DNA of 64,000 nt from Malassezia furfur. Taxonomy: Eukaryota. Positions within the stretch are counted from its first letter, which is position 1. Every line of letters begins with the position of its first letter. Both the position numbers and the translations under genes were made by a program. The DNA lies in assembly GCA_052055015.1 (NCBI GenBank), contig JBQJIT010000008.1. One strand, given 5' to 3'. This document shows positions 42,822 through 54,878 of this stretch, piece after piece. The notes beneath the pieces were generated by a model, which worked only from the letters and a program-made list of their open reading frames with translations, searched no databases and was not told where the DNA came from.

Positions 42822-44689
42822 CTATTCTTCCTGTGGTTTGATCGTCTCCTCGCTCGCCAGTTTCTTGTGGGGAGGAGTGTCGGGAGGCGACGCTTTACGT
42901 TTGAGCGTCGCTTCTTCTGTTTTCACCGTTTCGGTGGTTGAATTGTCGAGAGGAGCAGGCGCGTCTGACTCTGCAGTATCGGGTGCCACGGTGGTCGATT
43001 CGGTTGGAAGGGCAGATGCCTGAACCGGTTCCTCTTTCACGCTCTCAGACATGGTCTTCGCCGAGTAATGGCAGGAAGCATGCACATAGGCATTGTCCAG
43101 CGCCATGGCATTCTTCCAGATCCACTCCTCGAGATCTTCGCTCCATTCGCTTTGGAATTTTTCTTTGCAGATCCGGCACGGCATCGCCGCAACCTCGGGA
43201 TCCTCGGGCACCACAACGTAGGTACTCGCAAATTTCTCCCGCAGCGCCTGTTCTTGGCCAGGCGTGATGCCGGCTCCAGCATCGTCTCCGTAAGCGTGGT
43301 CGCTCACGTCGTCGAACCCGCTACGAATCCAGCGCGGCACAGGGTCAAACCAGGAGCGACTTTGACCACGCGCAATACTCGCACGCGAACGCCGGTTCTG
43401 CGAGAAATGCCAGTCTAGGTGTAAGTCCAGTCCATTTTTGCCGGCCTTGGTGTCGGGGTATCGGTTTGCACATTGGCGGCAGGGCAATGGCAGATTTTCT
43501 TTGATCACAAGCTCGACTTCGGGAGGGGGGCGTGACAAATCGTACGTAGTCAGCCGGAGATCCAGCGAGAGAATGTAGTCGGTGTATTGCCTGTCTTGGC
43601 TCAGACGTGGTGGAGAAGCAGCCTGTGGCGCCGCTGGAGTCGGCGGCGCCGGCGTGGATGCTGATGGCAGAAGGCCCGCTTTCATCAGGTTCGCAATCAG
43701 TTCAGACGCCGATGGCGCACTCTCTGTGGGCGCGGGCGCCGCGGGCGCCATTGCCGGCGCAGGCACTGGTGCAGGCGCAGGTGTAGTATGGGCGGAACGC
43801 ATATCGCTCGGTTGCTTCGAGAGCGCATCCAGCTCACGCTGCACCTCGGCCAGAAGCTCAGGCCTTGGTGCCATCCCTTGTACCTTGTCTTTCAGTTCGC
43901 GAAGGACATTGATACGATCCAAGATGGATGGATCGTTGGGGCTTCGTGAGCGTTCCTGCGTTTTAAGGGCAAGGAGACGTTCGATGTTCGCCAGCAACTG
44001 CGACTGGGTCGGCTGCGATGACGAGGCCTTGGGCGTAGGGCCCTGACTACCAAACAAGGAACGTTCAATCGTCCATTGCGGCCCCTCACCAAACAAGGGG
44101 CCACCCCCCGGTCCTGCTGCACGCCACGTCGCAAGCAACTCCTCCATACGTCTTTTAGTGGGTTGGTCCACCACACGGTAGGATTCAAGGAAGAGTGTTG
44201 CAACGCGTGGCGCCCAAAGTTCGGTGTAGGGTGAACCGATGTTCTTGCAAATAGAATCCATCAGGTACATGGACGGCAGCCGAAGTGGCGGCGGTGACTA
44301 CCTTGGTTAGTGGCCCGCCCAATACTATCATACGATGTACGTACCATGATGATATGTGTGTCAATAAGCTTGGCCACTAACGTGGACATGCGGTGCACAT
44401 GCTCCTGGGCAATAAGCGTCAGGTTAGTGATGATGGGCTTCGAGTTGAACGTGAGCTGTGCCAGCTGCCCGCGGTACATGCGCTCAAAGGCAGCAGGGTT
44501 TGAGAGTGACGTCGATGGATCGTGAGGCGCGGCACTGCCGCCATACCCTCCCATGCCGGGCGTCGCTACCGGATACGAGGGAGTTCCACTACCATACCCG
44601 GGAGCCGCTGGCGCCCCATACTGATTGAAGCCATAGCCATACGACTCAGCTCCATTTGCTGACGGATATGCGTACGAATTTGGATACAT
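42822..44689 (-). CDS. PCF11: mRNA 3'-end processing factor Pcf11
   Basis: CID domain LTFNSKPIITNLTLIA / YLMDSICKNIG; zinc-binding CRQC..HLDWH and CRICKEKF..W..HASC; intron 44298-44344. Confidence 0.92.
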
Positions 44690-44988
44690 TCCGCAAACAG
44701 AGGCAAAGTATTCTCACAGTAACTACACGTTCGTCGGCCACAACCTCGTCCCGACCGACCCGCTCGTCTCACGGTCCTCCACAGACCGCGCGCGGTCGTG
44801 CGCCGCCACGCCACGCGCCGCGTGCCACCCCCACATTGTGGCACGTGAGCAAAACTATTAACCAGCACGTGACGATTACAGCAGGATCATGGGCACTTCG
44901 CGCGCCGCCGCTCTTCTCTACCCATCTCGGCGCTTGCGCAAGGTGTGTACACGCCTGTAACGCTCTCTAACCTTGCAGACTATCCGTG

Positions 44989-45691
44989 ATGCTGACGATC
45001 TACAAGGACTTGGATCTTGACATCCCGTCGGACGTTACCATCGAGATTAACTCTCGTCTGGTTACGGTCAAGGGCCCCCGTGGTGAGCTGCAGAAGGTAC
45101 GTCGACCGCTCCCAGTGGGACGCGATGCTGACCGCACCAGAACCTGCGCCACATGGCGATGGACATCCGCTTCGTGAAGGGCCCCAACGGTGACAAGATT
45201 AAGTTCATCGTGTGGCACGGTGGCCGCAAGCACCTTGCGTGCCTGCGCACTGCCAAGGCCGCGGTCGCGAACATGATCAAGGGTGTTACTGTCGGCTTCC
45301 AGTACAAGATGCGCGCTGTGTACGCCCATTTCCCCATCAACATCATCATTGCTGGTGACAAGAAGAGCGCCGAGATCCGGAACTTCCTGGGTGAGAAGCG
45401 CGTTCGCAGCGTGACCATGAAGGAGGGTGTGACGATCACCGAGGACAAGGCCCAGAAGGACCAGGTCCTGGTTGAGGGCGTACGTACAAGCAAGGGGACA
45501 CTGTTACTAACATTGCAGAACGACATTGACGCTGTCTCCCAGAGCGCGGCTCTGCTCCACGGTCAGACGCTCGTGAGGAACAAGGATATCCGCAAGTTGT
45601 ATGTATTGACACACCCCTCTGGATGCTTACACGCAGCCTCGACGGTATCTACTGCACTGCCAAGACCTCGATCGTTCAGACCGAGGCTTAA
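44989..45691 (+). CDS. RPL9: 60S ribosomal protein L9 (uL6)
   Basis: VTVKGPRGEL, GFQYKMRAVYAHFPIN, EIRNFLGEK, NKDIRKFLDGIY; introns 45097-45140, 45480-45518, 45599-45636; probable 5'UTR intron 44943-44978. Confidence 0.95.
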
Positions 45692-46366
45692 AAAAATACC
45701 CTGTGTAGAGGGTCGCATGACACGCTGTATACAGGAATGTATCTTTCTCACCACACCGTCTCGTGTGTTTGGCTAACAGGAATATGGGTCGCCAGCCCTT
45801 GATATTGTCGTAGCATTATGTGCGTTTGCTGGTCAACTGGTCAGCCCCAAGGGCGCAGCGGAAACGGGTGGTTTAGAACGGCATGCACACGTTTCTCACG
45901 GCTGGTGCCAATAACGCCGCGCGACTCGATCTTGAAGCGATTTAAGAAGCTACGTAGTGTTTCCTCCTTTGGCCTAGGCACAGGCTTTGTCCCACAACCT
46001 CGCATTTATCATTGCGAGCCACTTAACCAAGGCACCCTCGGTTCCCATACAGATTTATATTCGTCCAAGTCTCGTCGTTGCACACCTTCTTCACTCTACA
46101 CAAGAGCATATAGGAGTTTGCTTTTTTATCATGCTGAGAGAACCCGAGACTATCGAAGACCAGCAGCTGGAGCTAGCAAAACACACGGGTATAACCGCAA
46201 GTCAGTGTAGTCGTAGATGGACACGTCCCAAAACACAATCCATAGTGCAAGGTACAATATTCACCAAACGATACGTTGACTCAACACGTTTTCAGCATCC
46301 AGATAGCAGCGTGGCGCATCGCATAACAAGCCTAAACGGGTTGATAGGCAGAACCATATATCAATT

Positions 46367-46769
46367 TTAAGCCGCCACCGTCTTCTTCGAGGCAGTGCCG
46401 GTGCGGAAACCGTTCTTCGCACGGCGAGCCACGGTCTTCAGGTAGCGCATGCGGCCAGTGCCGGTGGTCTTCCGGCGGATAGCCTTCTGGCCCCACTGGT
46501 AGTTGCGCGTCTTAGCGGCAGGGTAACCGCACGAGGCGCAAGCTGCAACGTGTTAGTACGGTGTCACGTTGACTCAGAATACGCACTCTTGTGCTGCCGG
46601 TGGAACGAGCGGTTGTTGCAGCGACGGCAGATCGTGTGCGTCTTGGTGCTGTAGAGTGTTAGTAGCTGTACCTTGAAGTGTGCGGGCATCACATCGTTCA
46701 TCGACCGAGGTGTTCCCGCATGGGAGATACATACTGGCGCTTACCAAAAGACGTCGTACCCTTGGTCAT
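46367..46769 (-). CDS. RPL37: 60S ribosomal protein L37 (eL37)
   Basis: [22 protein letters not shown]...CASCGYP...[14 protein letters not shown]; introns 46649-46734 and 46543-46586; 5'UTR intron 46770-46866. Missing from the ORF track. Confidence 0.95.
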
Positions 46770-47166
46770 CTGCGAATGGTTAGCATCTGAACCAGGGATG
46801 ACAATAGCAGCATGACAGCACACTTCTCACAAAGCCGCATGCCGTCACGCACGCTATACCACGTACCTTATTGAGATATTACGAAGGACACTTGATGGTG
46901 AAGAGCAGAATCGGCCGTCGCCTTGGAGAGTGTACGGCCGACGCACCGGGGCCCAAAGAACTATAAGATCATGTGACGCAAAATATAGTTCGGCCGACGA
47001 AGGAAATGCGCTCGGGTGGAAAGGGCAGACGGCGGACCTCACACGTCTCTAGCTACGACTTTCGATGTACGTGTTGAGCGAGTGTACGCGTGCTGTACGG
47101 ATGGCGTGAGGGCATGCGTATGCGAGCGATGTGTGATGGAGCAGATTGCTAACATGTTTACAGACC

Positions 47167-47600
47167 ATGGCTCCCCCGACGACGAAGAGCAAGAAGTCTT
47201 CCCAGGACAACATCAACTCCAAGCTCCAGCTTGTGATCAAGTCGGGCAAGGTTTCTCTGGGCATGAAGAGCACGCTCAAGAACCTGCGCCAGGGCCGTGC
47301 TAAGCTTGTACTCATCTCGGCGAACACGCCCCCTCTGCGCAAGTCGGAGATTGAGTACTACGCCATGCTCTCCAAGACGGCTGTGCACCACTACCAGGGC
47401 TCCAACATTGCCCTCGGCACTGCGGCTGGTAAGCTCTTCCGCGTCGGGTACGTATTATCGCCAGGCATGCTCAGGCTGCTCCTACGAGCAGCCTTGTCCA
47501 TGTCTGGACATGACATTGAGGAACATTTTACTAACATTGCAGTGTCCTGACGGTGCTCGACGCTGGTGACAGTGACCTGCTCACGACTGTGTCGGCCTAA
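47167..47600 (+). CDS. RPL30: 60S ribosomal protein L30 (eL30)
   Basis: [51 protein letters not shown]; intron 47448-47542; 5'UTR intron 47067-47163. Confidence 0.95.
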
Positions 47601-47910
47601 AAGGGCTCCCGGCCCATCCACTCCTGATCTGAACTCGTCTTTGCAAGGTGGACGTGTGCGGACCATGAGATGTCGTTTTGCTATATAGCCTCTTAATGCT
47701 TCGACTCGACAGTTGACAGTCTTTAGGCGGCTAACCTGCAATATACTTATGATTGCCTACCATACGACTTTCGCACCAACGCACCTAGCAGATAGTTGCG
47801 CCCATGCAAGTGTCTAAGGCAAGGCCCAACGAAAAGATGGAATGGTCCGCAAGCAAGCGGTTTGGTTAACATTATGACGTTATAGGAAAAGAAGGACGAC
47901 TGTACCAGTT

Positions 47911-49365
47911 TTACTTCGACTTGTCCGCCATGTCCATGTCCATGTCCATGTCCATGGGGTGTCGGGTGGGATGCCTGGCCACCGGCTTAAGATGATTCAC
48001 GTTCATCCATGGCGCAGAAACAGACTGCCTCTGGTCAGCCAATCCTTGCGAAGGTCGTTTCGTGTTTGGGACGGTGGGGTTCGAACGATAGGATGACATG
48101 GAATTCATGCCTGGGTCGTGAATAGAGTTCAACGACAAAGGAGTGACGGGTAGACTTTCATCGTCATCGTCATCGCGCGTCATTGAGCGGGACGGGGTGG
48201 AGAAGACCAAGGGGTCGGTAGAGTTGGAGCACATCGAGTCGCCATCTTCATCACTCGAGTACGTCTCTTGGCGGTAACGACCACCGCTCAACTCATTGTT
48301 CTTGCTCATGGTTGCGCGCTTGCGGAACCATTCAAGAACAACAGTCGAAGCCTCGCTGTAGCAGACATACGAGTATTTTTTGATGAGGATGAGCGACAAA
48401 TCGTTGATGTGCTCCGCAATGAACGCATAGATTTGGTTCGCAGCGGTTACAGCAACACGGCCAGCAGGCTGCTGCAACGGTCGGGGGTCGCGACAGATAT
48501 GACGGGCAAGGAGCATTGCACCGGCCGCCAAAGAGGAGGGAAGAGTGCTAATAAAGCTTTGGTGGAACAGGGTCACTTCGAGAAGGAACCGGGCGACACT
48601 GTGTGTGCTTGCATTGGCAGGCGGGGCTTGTGTGTACTCGTAGCGAAGCCAGCTCTCGGCAGTGGGGTGACCAAGCGTCCAGTCCAACGTCGAGAGAACG
48701 TGACCCTCCATTTGAGTAAACGCACTAGTGTCGTACGCATTACAGCACATCTGGCTCAGCTCTTGCACCGTAGGCACGCGGTCCTTCGCATCTTCGAATT
48801 TGGCAGCGATCAGCAATGCTGCGCAGCCCACCAATTGGTAATGGCGCTTGTACACGATGCGCTTCGAGACGTAGCGATCGACCATGTTCATCGTAAGGTA
48901 TAGTGTCTCGGGCCGGAGACGGAAGGATTGATGAATCTCGATCAGAAAATCAACAAGATAAGGGCGCATGAACCAGTGCAGCTCCGGCTGGACATTCATG
49001 AGCTCAACAGTAGCCATGGTCTGCTTCTCCATGGCATGCATGTGTTCCAGAATCTCTGGCTGGTACTCAGTTTCTTCCAATGCAGCATTGTTAAGAATGC
49101 GGTTGACGCGAGGCGGTGTTTTCTTGCGAGACACTAAGACAGGCTTTTCCTGATACATTTGAGAGACCTGCATAGGTACCGCGGTGGAATGCCGCATCCT
49201 GGGCTTGTTGGTCAACGCCGGGCCGTTGGTTGAAGCAGAGCAAGCAGCCTGCTGCGAGGGTATAGGTGCCATCGGCTGCACAACAGTAGATTGGCCGTTC
49301 TTGGGCCAGCCATAGAAACTGTGCCGGTTGGGGTACGCGTTGAGCGCAGGTACCGCCTGAGACAT
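47911..49365 (-). CDS. G1/S-type cyclin (Cln/Puc1-like)
   Basis: Cyclin box MRPYLVDFLIEIH..FRLRPETLYL..NMVDRY..YQLVGCAALLIAAKFED; PEST-like C-terminal tail. Confidence 0.88.
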   Translation of the reverse strand: MSQAVPALNAYPNRHSFYGWPKNGQSTVVQPMAPIPSQQAACSASTNGPALTNKPRMRHSTAVPMQVSQMYQEKPVLVSRKKTPPRVNRILNNAALEETEYQPEILEHMHAMEKQTMATVELMNVQPELHWFMRPYLVDFLIEIHQSFRLRPETLYLTMNMVDRYVSKRIVYKRHYQLVGCAALLIAAKFEDAKDRVPTVQELSQMCCNAYDTSAFTQMEGHVLSTLDWTLGHPTAESWLRYEYTQAPPANASTHSVARFLLEVTLFHQSFISTLPSSLAAGAMLLARHICRDPRPLQQPAGRVAVTAANQIYAFIAEHINDLSLILIKKYSYVCYSEASTVVLEWFRKRATMSKNNELSGGRYRQETYSSDEDGDSMCSNSTDPLVFSTPSRSMTRDDDDDESLPVTPLSLNSIHDPGMNSMSSYRSNPTVPNTKRPSQGLADQRQSVSAPWMNVNHLKPVARHPTRHPMDMDMDMDMADKSK

Positions 49366-50171
49366 GATGAAACTGACAGCCTTCCGATGTTACGAGAGAC
49401 GGAGGCCAAACCGATTGCCGAACGCCGAAAGCTGACCTACGGTTGTTACAGAGGAGTAGCAACCGAGACGCTAAGGTATGGGGACAGCGAAGGGCACAAG
49501 ATTGGATCGCGTGGACGGTCCCCGTTATATTCGTGTGCTTAAAATCAGACAGGGACGAATATGTGACAGACTCCGTGCACAGGTCGGCACGGCGTGGCCC
49601 GTACAGCCAAGCCAGCGAAGAGTATGAGGCCTTGCACGCAAAAATTACTAATTTTGCTGTATAGGGGTAAAGCGCGCATAAAGCGGGGGGAGAGGGCGTG
49701 CCGATATACCGCTAAATGCATGCTCAGCCGAGTAACCAAATTTAATCGCAACCTGCATGTCTCAGCCGGCATACGTGCGCATTGACAATCAGCAAATTGA
49801 CATGGAATTTTGACATATCAGATTTTGCGAAACGGTCCCAGAATTAACCTTACGCGGGGATGCCGGGAGGCATGGGCTGCGGGACGATTGGTAACCATAG
49901 CAACACAGCCTAAAAGGCAGGGATAGGTAAGGGTAATCCAATGAAGGCAATATGTACCTTGGCGTACCATCTGTAGGTCTACATGTATGCACTCCCTAGT
50001 CCCTGCGCAGATGTCCTGTCTCGCTTCGATGTAAGGGGACGACTTGCATGAAGGCTTGCATAAGTCGGCCGATCACGTTAGAAAAATGGACTATCGTAGA
50101 AAAGTGGAGGTCACTACGTTTTACGCAACTCAGAAGAAATCTCGCAATACGCACGAAGGAATTTGGCAGCA

Positions 50172-50789
50172 ATGGTGTCGTTCAATTGTGACGGATGTGG
50201 CGATGTGGTCAAGAAACCCAAACTTGCACAGCATTACAAACGATGCTATGCACCATTTACCTGTCTAGACTGCAGTGTCCAATTTGCCTCTCCGCAAGAA
50301 GCTCACACTTCTTGTATCACAGAAGACGAGAAGTACCAGAAAAGGTACGCCAGAGAATCGTCTCCGTATACTGACACGCACAGCTTATATAAAGGCAAGA
50401 AATCCAATGTACAGATTCTGAATCGTACGCAGTCCAGTCAAGGATCTTCGGCAACTATGGACAAGCCAACGGATACCCCCAAGTCTACCCTGTCGCAAAC
50501 TGAAGCGACAAAAGAAGACACTAATGTGAGCACAGGAAAAGACAAAAAGCGCAAGCGCGATTCCCTTCAAGAGAATTCAACTAAGAAAGAGCCCAAGACG
50601 ACAGAGATGAACCTCGATGTGGTAAAGTCGGCACTCTCGAGCTCTAAAAATGGAAAGGGGATGTCTCTGAAAAAGCTTTTTAAGCTCTTGTCTGAGACTA
50701 CTGGTAAGGACCCAAAGTTTGTCAAATCATCGCTCTTGAAAAGCCTTCACGTATCGCTCCAGGGTGATGGAACCTTGTCTTTGTCGTAG
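50172..50789 (+). CDS. LYAR-type C2HC zinc-finger nucleolar protein
   Basis: MVSFNCDGCGDVVKKPKL..H..RC..FTCLDC...HTSCITEDEKYQ; in-frame intron 50345-50383; Lys-rich tail. Confidence 0.88.
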   Translation: MVSFNCDGCGDVVKKPKLAQHYKRCYAPFTCLDCSVQFASPQEAHTSCITEDEKYQKRYARESSPYTDTHSLYKGKKSNVQILNRTQSSQGSSATMDKPTDTPKSTLSQTEATKEDTNVSTGKDKKRKRDSLQENSTKKEPKTTEMNLDVVKSALSSSKNGKGMSLKKLFKLLSETTGKDPKFVKSSLLKSLHVSLQGDGTLSLS

Positions 50790-50868
50790 AGACTGAGCGC
50801 CAATGCATGTACATCTCTACATAAAATTTGTTCTCCACCTCCACATCTAAAAAGCACGGACTTCCACG

Positions 50869-52363
50869 ATGGCGGGGCGAGGTCGGGGCCGTGGTCGTAG
50901 CTATGGATCAACTGCAAGACTAGGGAATCCCCATGAAAGTACGCGTGAACATGAAAATATTATGAATCAGCGTAATTCTCGATTTCTGGCATCAAAAATG
51001 GACCAGAACCCTATGGAATTGCTGACGAGTCCGTCGCGGGGTCTGGACACTGTTGTGGACAGTTCCATGCTCGGTTTACATTCTAAATCACCTGTGATCT
51101 CTGCAAAGTACGTGTACATCAATAACAACAAGCTTGTCCCAAGTGGAAGTCCAAAATGAATTCCGGAAGTGGATCACTGAAAAGGTGCGTGGAGAATCCT
51201 TGACTGTAAGATTGAGAAATACAGCCGACGGAATCCGTCATGCATTGGCTTGTTGAATGTGGCAACGCCTGAGCCCATGAGTGGTTCACCGGCTGTCGTG
51301 TCTGATATACTGAAGGACCATGGAATGGATAACGTGCAAAGGTCACGTAATGAGCTACAAGAAATTTTGTTATCGATACGAAAACTACGGGAGGGAATGA
51401 TGTCCAATGCAAGATATGACCAGCTGACTGTTGATGGTACGATTAGGAAAATCTTACTCAGTTTATGAGCTCTCGGTTCTAGTATCCATTCTATGTGAGG
51501 ATGCTTCGCAGTTGGCAGCAAGTATCACACGCCTTAATCATGATGTTTATGGTAACCTTGACTCAAAACCTGCACATGATGAAATACTATGTCAAACTGC
51601 ACAGAATATGAAGACGCTTTTTCACGAAGAGCCAATACCGGCTAGTCCTTGGCTTAGTACGGAGAACAAAGCTGATCTTCAAGTTATGCGCCGATGTTTA
51701 TTTGAAGCCATTTGGTTGATGGAATCATTGTGTTCGCATCGCCCTGAATTTTTGCAAGAATACCTGCAACGTAAAGCATTCATTATACGGGGCTCCAAGA
51801 AAAATCCAAGGACAAATGTCTATCTCGACTTTGCGCAAACGGCATATCTCGCTGTCCAGCGTGATGACAGCATTGCTCTGCGAGGCTTGCTGACAGGTGA
51901 ACCCCAAAACAGGATCCCAGCTACACTGAGAAGTCCAAAGGCCATGGCTGATGTTTTTTGGCTTCGTGTGATGGCACAAAGCCTTGTGCCTCGGGTCCGT
52001 GCGCGCTCAGAATACATCGTGCGCCGTTCCTATTTGCGGATACCAGTAAGACCTGAATTCAAACGCATGGTGTGCGGAGAATACGGACAGTTGGATGACG
52101 AGACTACCGCGCTCAATGACAACAGTCTTGAATGGGTAGAATCTGTTTTGCTGATCGATCCAGGAATGACAGCCAGCTTAGCAGCAGGCTTCCAACAACC
52201 AGAACCCAACGTGCATCACAAGGCCAACACTTGGAGAAGCTATTTGATGCTAAATGGGATAGCGCGACAGTTTGGCCAGAACCAATGGGACCAAGCATGC
52301 TCATATCTCAAACCTCGGATCGTCGAGGGCACTCAATCCTTTGCTCTGAACTTGCGGCCATAA
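50869..52363 (+). CDS. Uncharacterised fungal protein, possibly PCI/CSN8-like helical domain
   Basis: Three consensus introns (51108-51132, 51185-51210, 51437-51461) link the ORF pieces; GRGRGR N-terminus; ILLSIRKLREG..S..VYE motif. Family assignment tentative. Confidence 0.6.
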
Positions 52364-52511
52364 TTTGGTTCATAGCTCATACCCTACGTTGCAATGCAAC
52401 CATTTCGTTATGGAATGACGTCGAAGGCCGCCCACGTGGCGCAGCCAACCCCGGTGGCGGCCTCCACCGTGGGGAACCCTGGAGTGTCTCTTTCCGTTAA
52501 CACCAGGAACT

Positions 52512-53058
52512 ATGTCTGCTTGGGATCAAACTGTTGTAATCGGCCAGAAGGTGCGCCCCGGTGGCGGTAGCAGCGCCCCTCGTGGGCCTACTGCACTTGA
52601 GCGTGCCAAGCAGGTTGGTGCTGTGAAGGAGAACGACCGAAAGAGTGCGTATTGGTAGCTTACGTTTAGCCGCCGCTGGCACCAACAAGGCACACCAGGG
52701 TACGGACCACCAGCGCATTGCCAAGCTGGATCGGGAGAATGAGGTGGCGCCTCCTCCGAGGGTGCCGCCGACGGTTGGGAAGTCGATCGGTCAGGGCCGC
52801 CAGGCTAAAGGCCTGACCCAGAAGGAACTCGGTACCAAGATCAATGAAAAGCCCAATGTGATTGCCGAATATGAGAGCGGCAAGGCGATTCCCAACCCCC
52901 AGATTCTCGCGAAGATGGAGCGTGTTCTTGGCGTAAAACTGCGTGGTACGTATGGCTCGATGTTGCTGACCCTTCAGGCAAGGATATTGGCGCACCTGTA
53001 TGTTGCTATCATCGTGTATATGAGTGCTAACAATCAGCTCGGTGGCCCCAAAAAGTGA
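52512..53058 (+). CDS. MBF1: Multiprotein bridging factor 1
   Basis: [11 protein letters not shown].., [48 protein letters not shown]; introns 52645-52669, 52946-52977, 52998-53037. Confidence 0.93.
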
Positions 53059-53233
53059 TTGATGATACTGATGTCATAATGAGTCGTGCATTTGTAGGGC
53101 ACTAGCCTTGAATTAATGATGCATGCAAAAAATGATGGGGTGATGAGTTAAGATGAAGGCATGGGTAATGGAGAGCACCATGAACACAGCGCACTCTGGT
53201 CTCAGAGGTGGATGATGACATGAAAGAATGTGT

Positions 53234-54757
53234 TTAAGGTTCTTCAGTTGGAGAGGAGTAGATCACATAGTCATCGATCGTTAGGTCTTGCTCCGGTTCA
53301 TCGGTAATCGACAAGTCCTTTAACTGGTCCGATGCAAGCGGTGAATCGATCCAGCGATCCTTGCTTTCCAGTTGTTGTGATTCTGATGGTAATGCTGCGT
53401 CGGCATCCGATGGCCGTTCGTCCACCTGTGCGGGAGAAGCAACACGTTTGGGTGACAAAAAGAAGTCGTCCCTTCTGCGTGCGGAATTGGTGTTGGAGTC
53501 CGAGAAGGAGTCCGAGTCACTGCGTACGGTGCTGCGGCGCTTGAACCTGGAAACAGCGCGCGCCACGGCGAAGACGCTCGACATGCGACAAATGGCACAC
53601 TGCATATCCTCTTCGGTAATTTCCTCGACCATGTGGTTCTCGATCTCCTCCAGAGTAGGAATGGGTGGTGCACCAGGTTGGTTCACCCATGGATGATGAT
53701 AGATTTCGCGAATAGTGATGCGCGTTTTTTCATCCTTGTCGAGCATCCGGGAAAGCAAATCACGGCACTCTGGGGACAAGTGGTCTTCCAGGACCAAAGG
53801 ATCGTTTTGGATGGAGTCGTATAGGTCCAAAAGAGCATCTTTGAAAAAAGGCAGACGACCCGAGACCATGCAATAGAGGGTGACGCCAAAGGCCCAGACG
53901 TCATCAGGGCAGCCATCTGACTCTCGATGACCACCCTTGCACAAGGCTGGGCTCATAAAGGCTGGACTCCCTGCCTCGAGGAACATCGTATAGTCGCTTG
54001 ACTTCATGAACATCTTCGAGACACCAAAATCGACGATTTTGCACGTCTCTCCATTGTTAGTGAGAAGAATGTTGTCGGGTTTAATGTCACGATGAACAAT
54101 TCCATGTTCGTGCAAGTAGTCGATCCCACTCAGAACTTGACCAAAGTATTTGCGTGCGGTCGTTTCTGGGAGCGGAGAAGCTTGCTTGCCGGGTTTAACA
54201 TCGCAAATGGCACCATTAGCACAATATTCAAAGACCATGTACAGATTGTCATGCTCGGAATCCTCGAGAACCTCGTAAAGCCGAATAACATTGGGATGCC
54301 GGAGCTTCTTCATAATAGCCACTTCTGTACGCACGAGGAAGAGTGGGTCACGCTCTTCGTCTTCTGCACTGTACTGCAGAACTTTCTGAGGAATACGCAT
54401 CCGACGATGCTGAGAAACACGTAGATTTCGATGCAGTCGCATCTTCCCAAACTCTTTAATGGCCACGAGATAATCTGTCTCGTCCCGAACCTTTCCGAGG
54501 TATACCACCCCGTAGGACCCTTGTCCGATCGGACGAAGAATGTGGTATTGATTGATCTGGCGCGATCCATCCGCCAGTTCGCGCGACAATGCATGCAGGG
54601 ATTCACGAAGCGGATTGACAGGTGTCGAACCCGTCCGGGATTCTGTGTGCCCTACTGCATGAACATGCCGGTGACCCGTGTGAGAACGACCGGTTTGGGC
54701 CCCATCGTTGTGGGTTGGATGAGGTTCGACACGGGTCTCTTCCGAATCGTTGGCCAT
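53234..54757 (-). CDS. Ser/Thr kinase, CaMKK family (Ssp1/Sak1-like)
   Basis: INQY..IGQGSYGVV, EVAIMKKLRHPNV, HRDIKPDN, DFGVS, GSPAFMSP. Confidence 0.88.
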   Translation of the reverse strand: MANDSEETRVEPHPTHNDGAQTGRSHTGHRHVHAVGHTESRTGSTPVNPLRESLHALSRELADGSRQINQYHILRPIGQGSYGVVYLGKVRDETDYLVAIKEFGKMRLHRNLRVSQHRRMRIPQKVLQYSAEDEERDPLFLVRTEVAIMKKLRHPNVIRLYEVLEDSEHDNLYMVFEYCANGAICDVKPGKQASPLPETTARKYFGQVLSGIDYLHEHGIVHRDIKPDNILLTNNGETCKIVDFGVSKMFMKSSDYTMFLEAGSPAFMSPALCKGGHRESDGCPDDVWAFGVTLYCMVSGRLPFFKDALLDLYDSIQNDPLVLEDHLSPECRDLLSRMLDKDEKTRITIREIYHHPWVNQPGAPPIPTLEEIENHMVEEITEEDMQCAICRMSSVFAVARAVSRFKRRSTVRSDSDSFSDSNTNSARRRDDFFLSPKRVASPAQVDERPSDADAALPSESQQLESKDRWIDSPLASDQLKDLSITDEPEQDLTIDDYVIYSSPTEEP

Positions 54758-54878
54758 ACCCCCTCACGCACACTGCACGTCAAATTACGGGGGGTTGTTG
54801 GTAAAAGGACGCAATTCACAAGATCGTCAATCGGGCCTAAATTAGATTGCTCGCGTCTTGGCATACTGCTAGAGGGTG

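Noticed and set aside
47926..47957. (TCCATG)n repeat
   Set aside because: Short coding microsatellite (MDMDMDM) in the cyclin tail; not a CRISPR or structural array.
50000..52400. AT-richer region as a possible centromere or horizontally acquired island
   Set aside because: Fully occupied by intron-containing genes, only moderately AT-rich, with no gene-free AT core, repeats or mobile-element traces.
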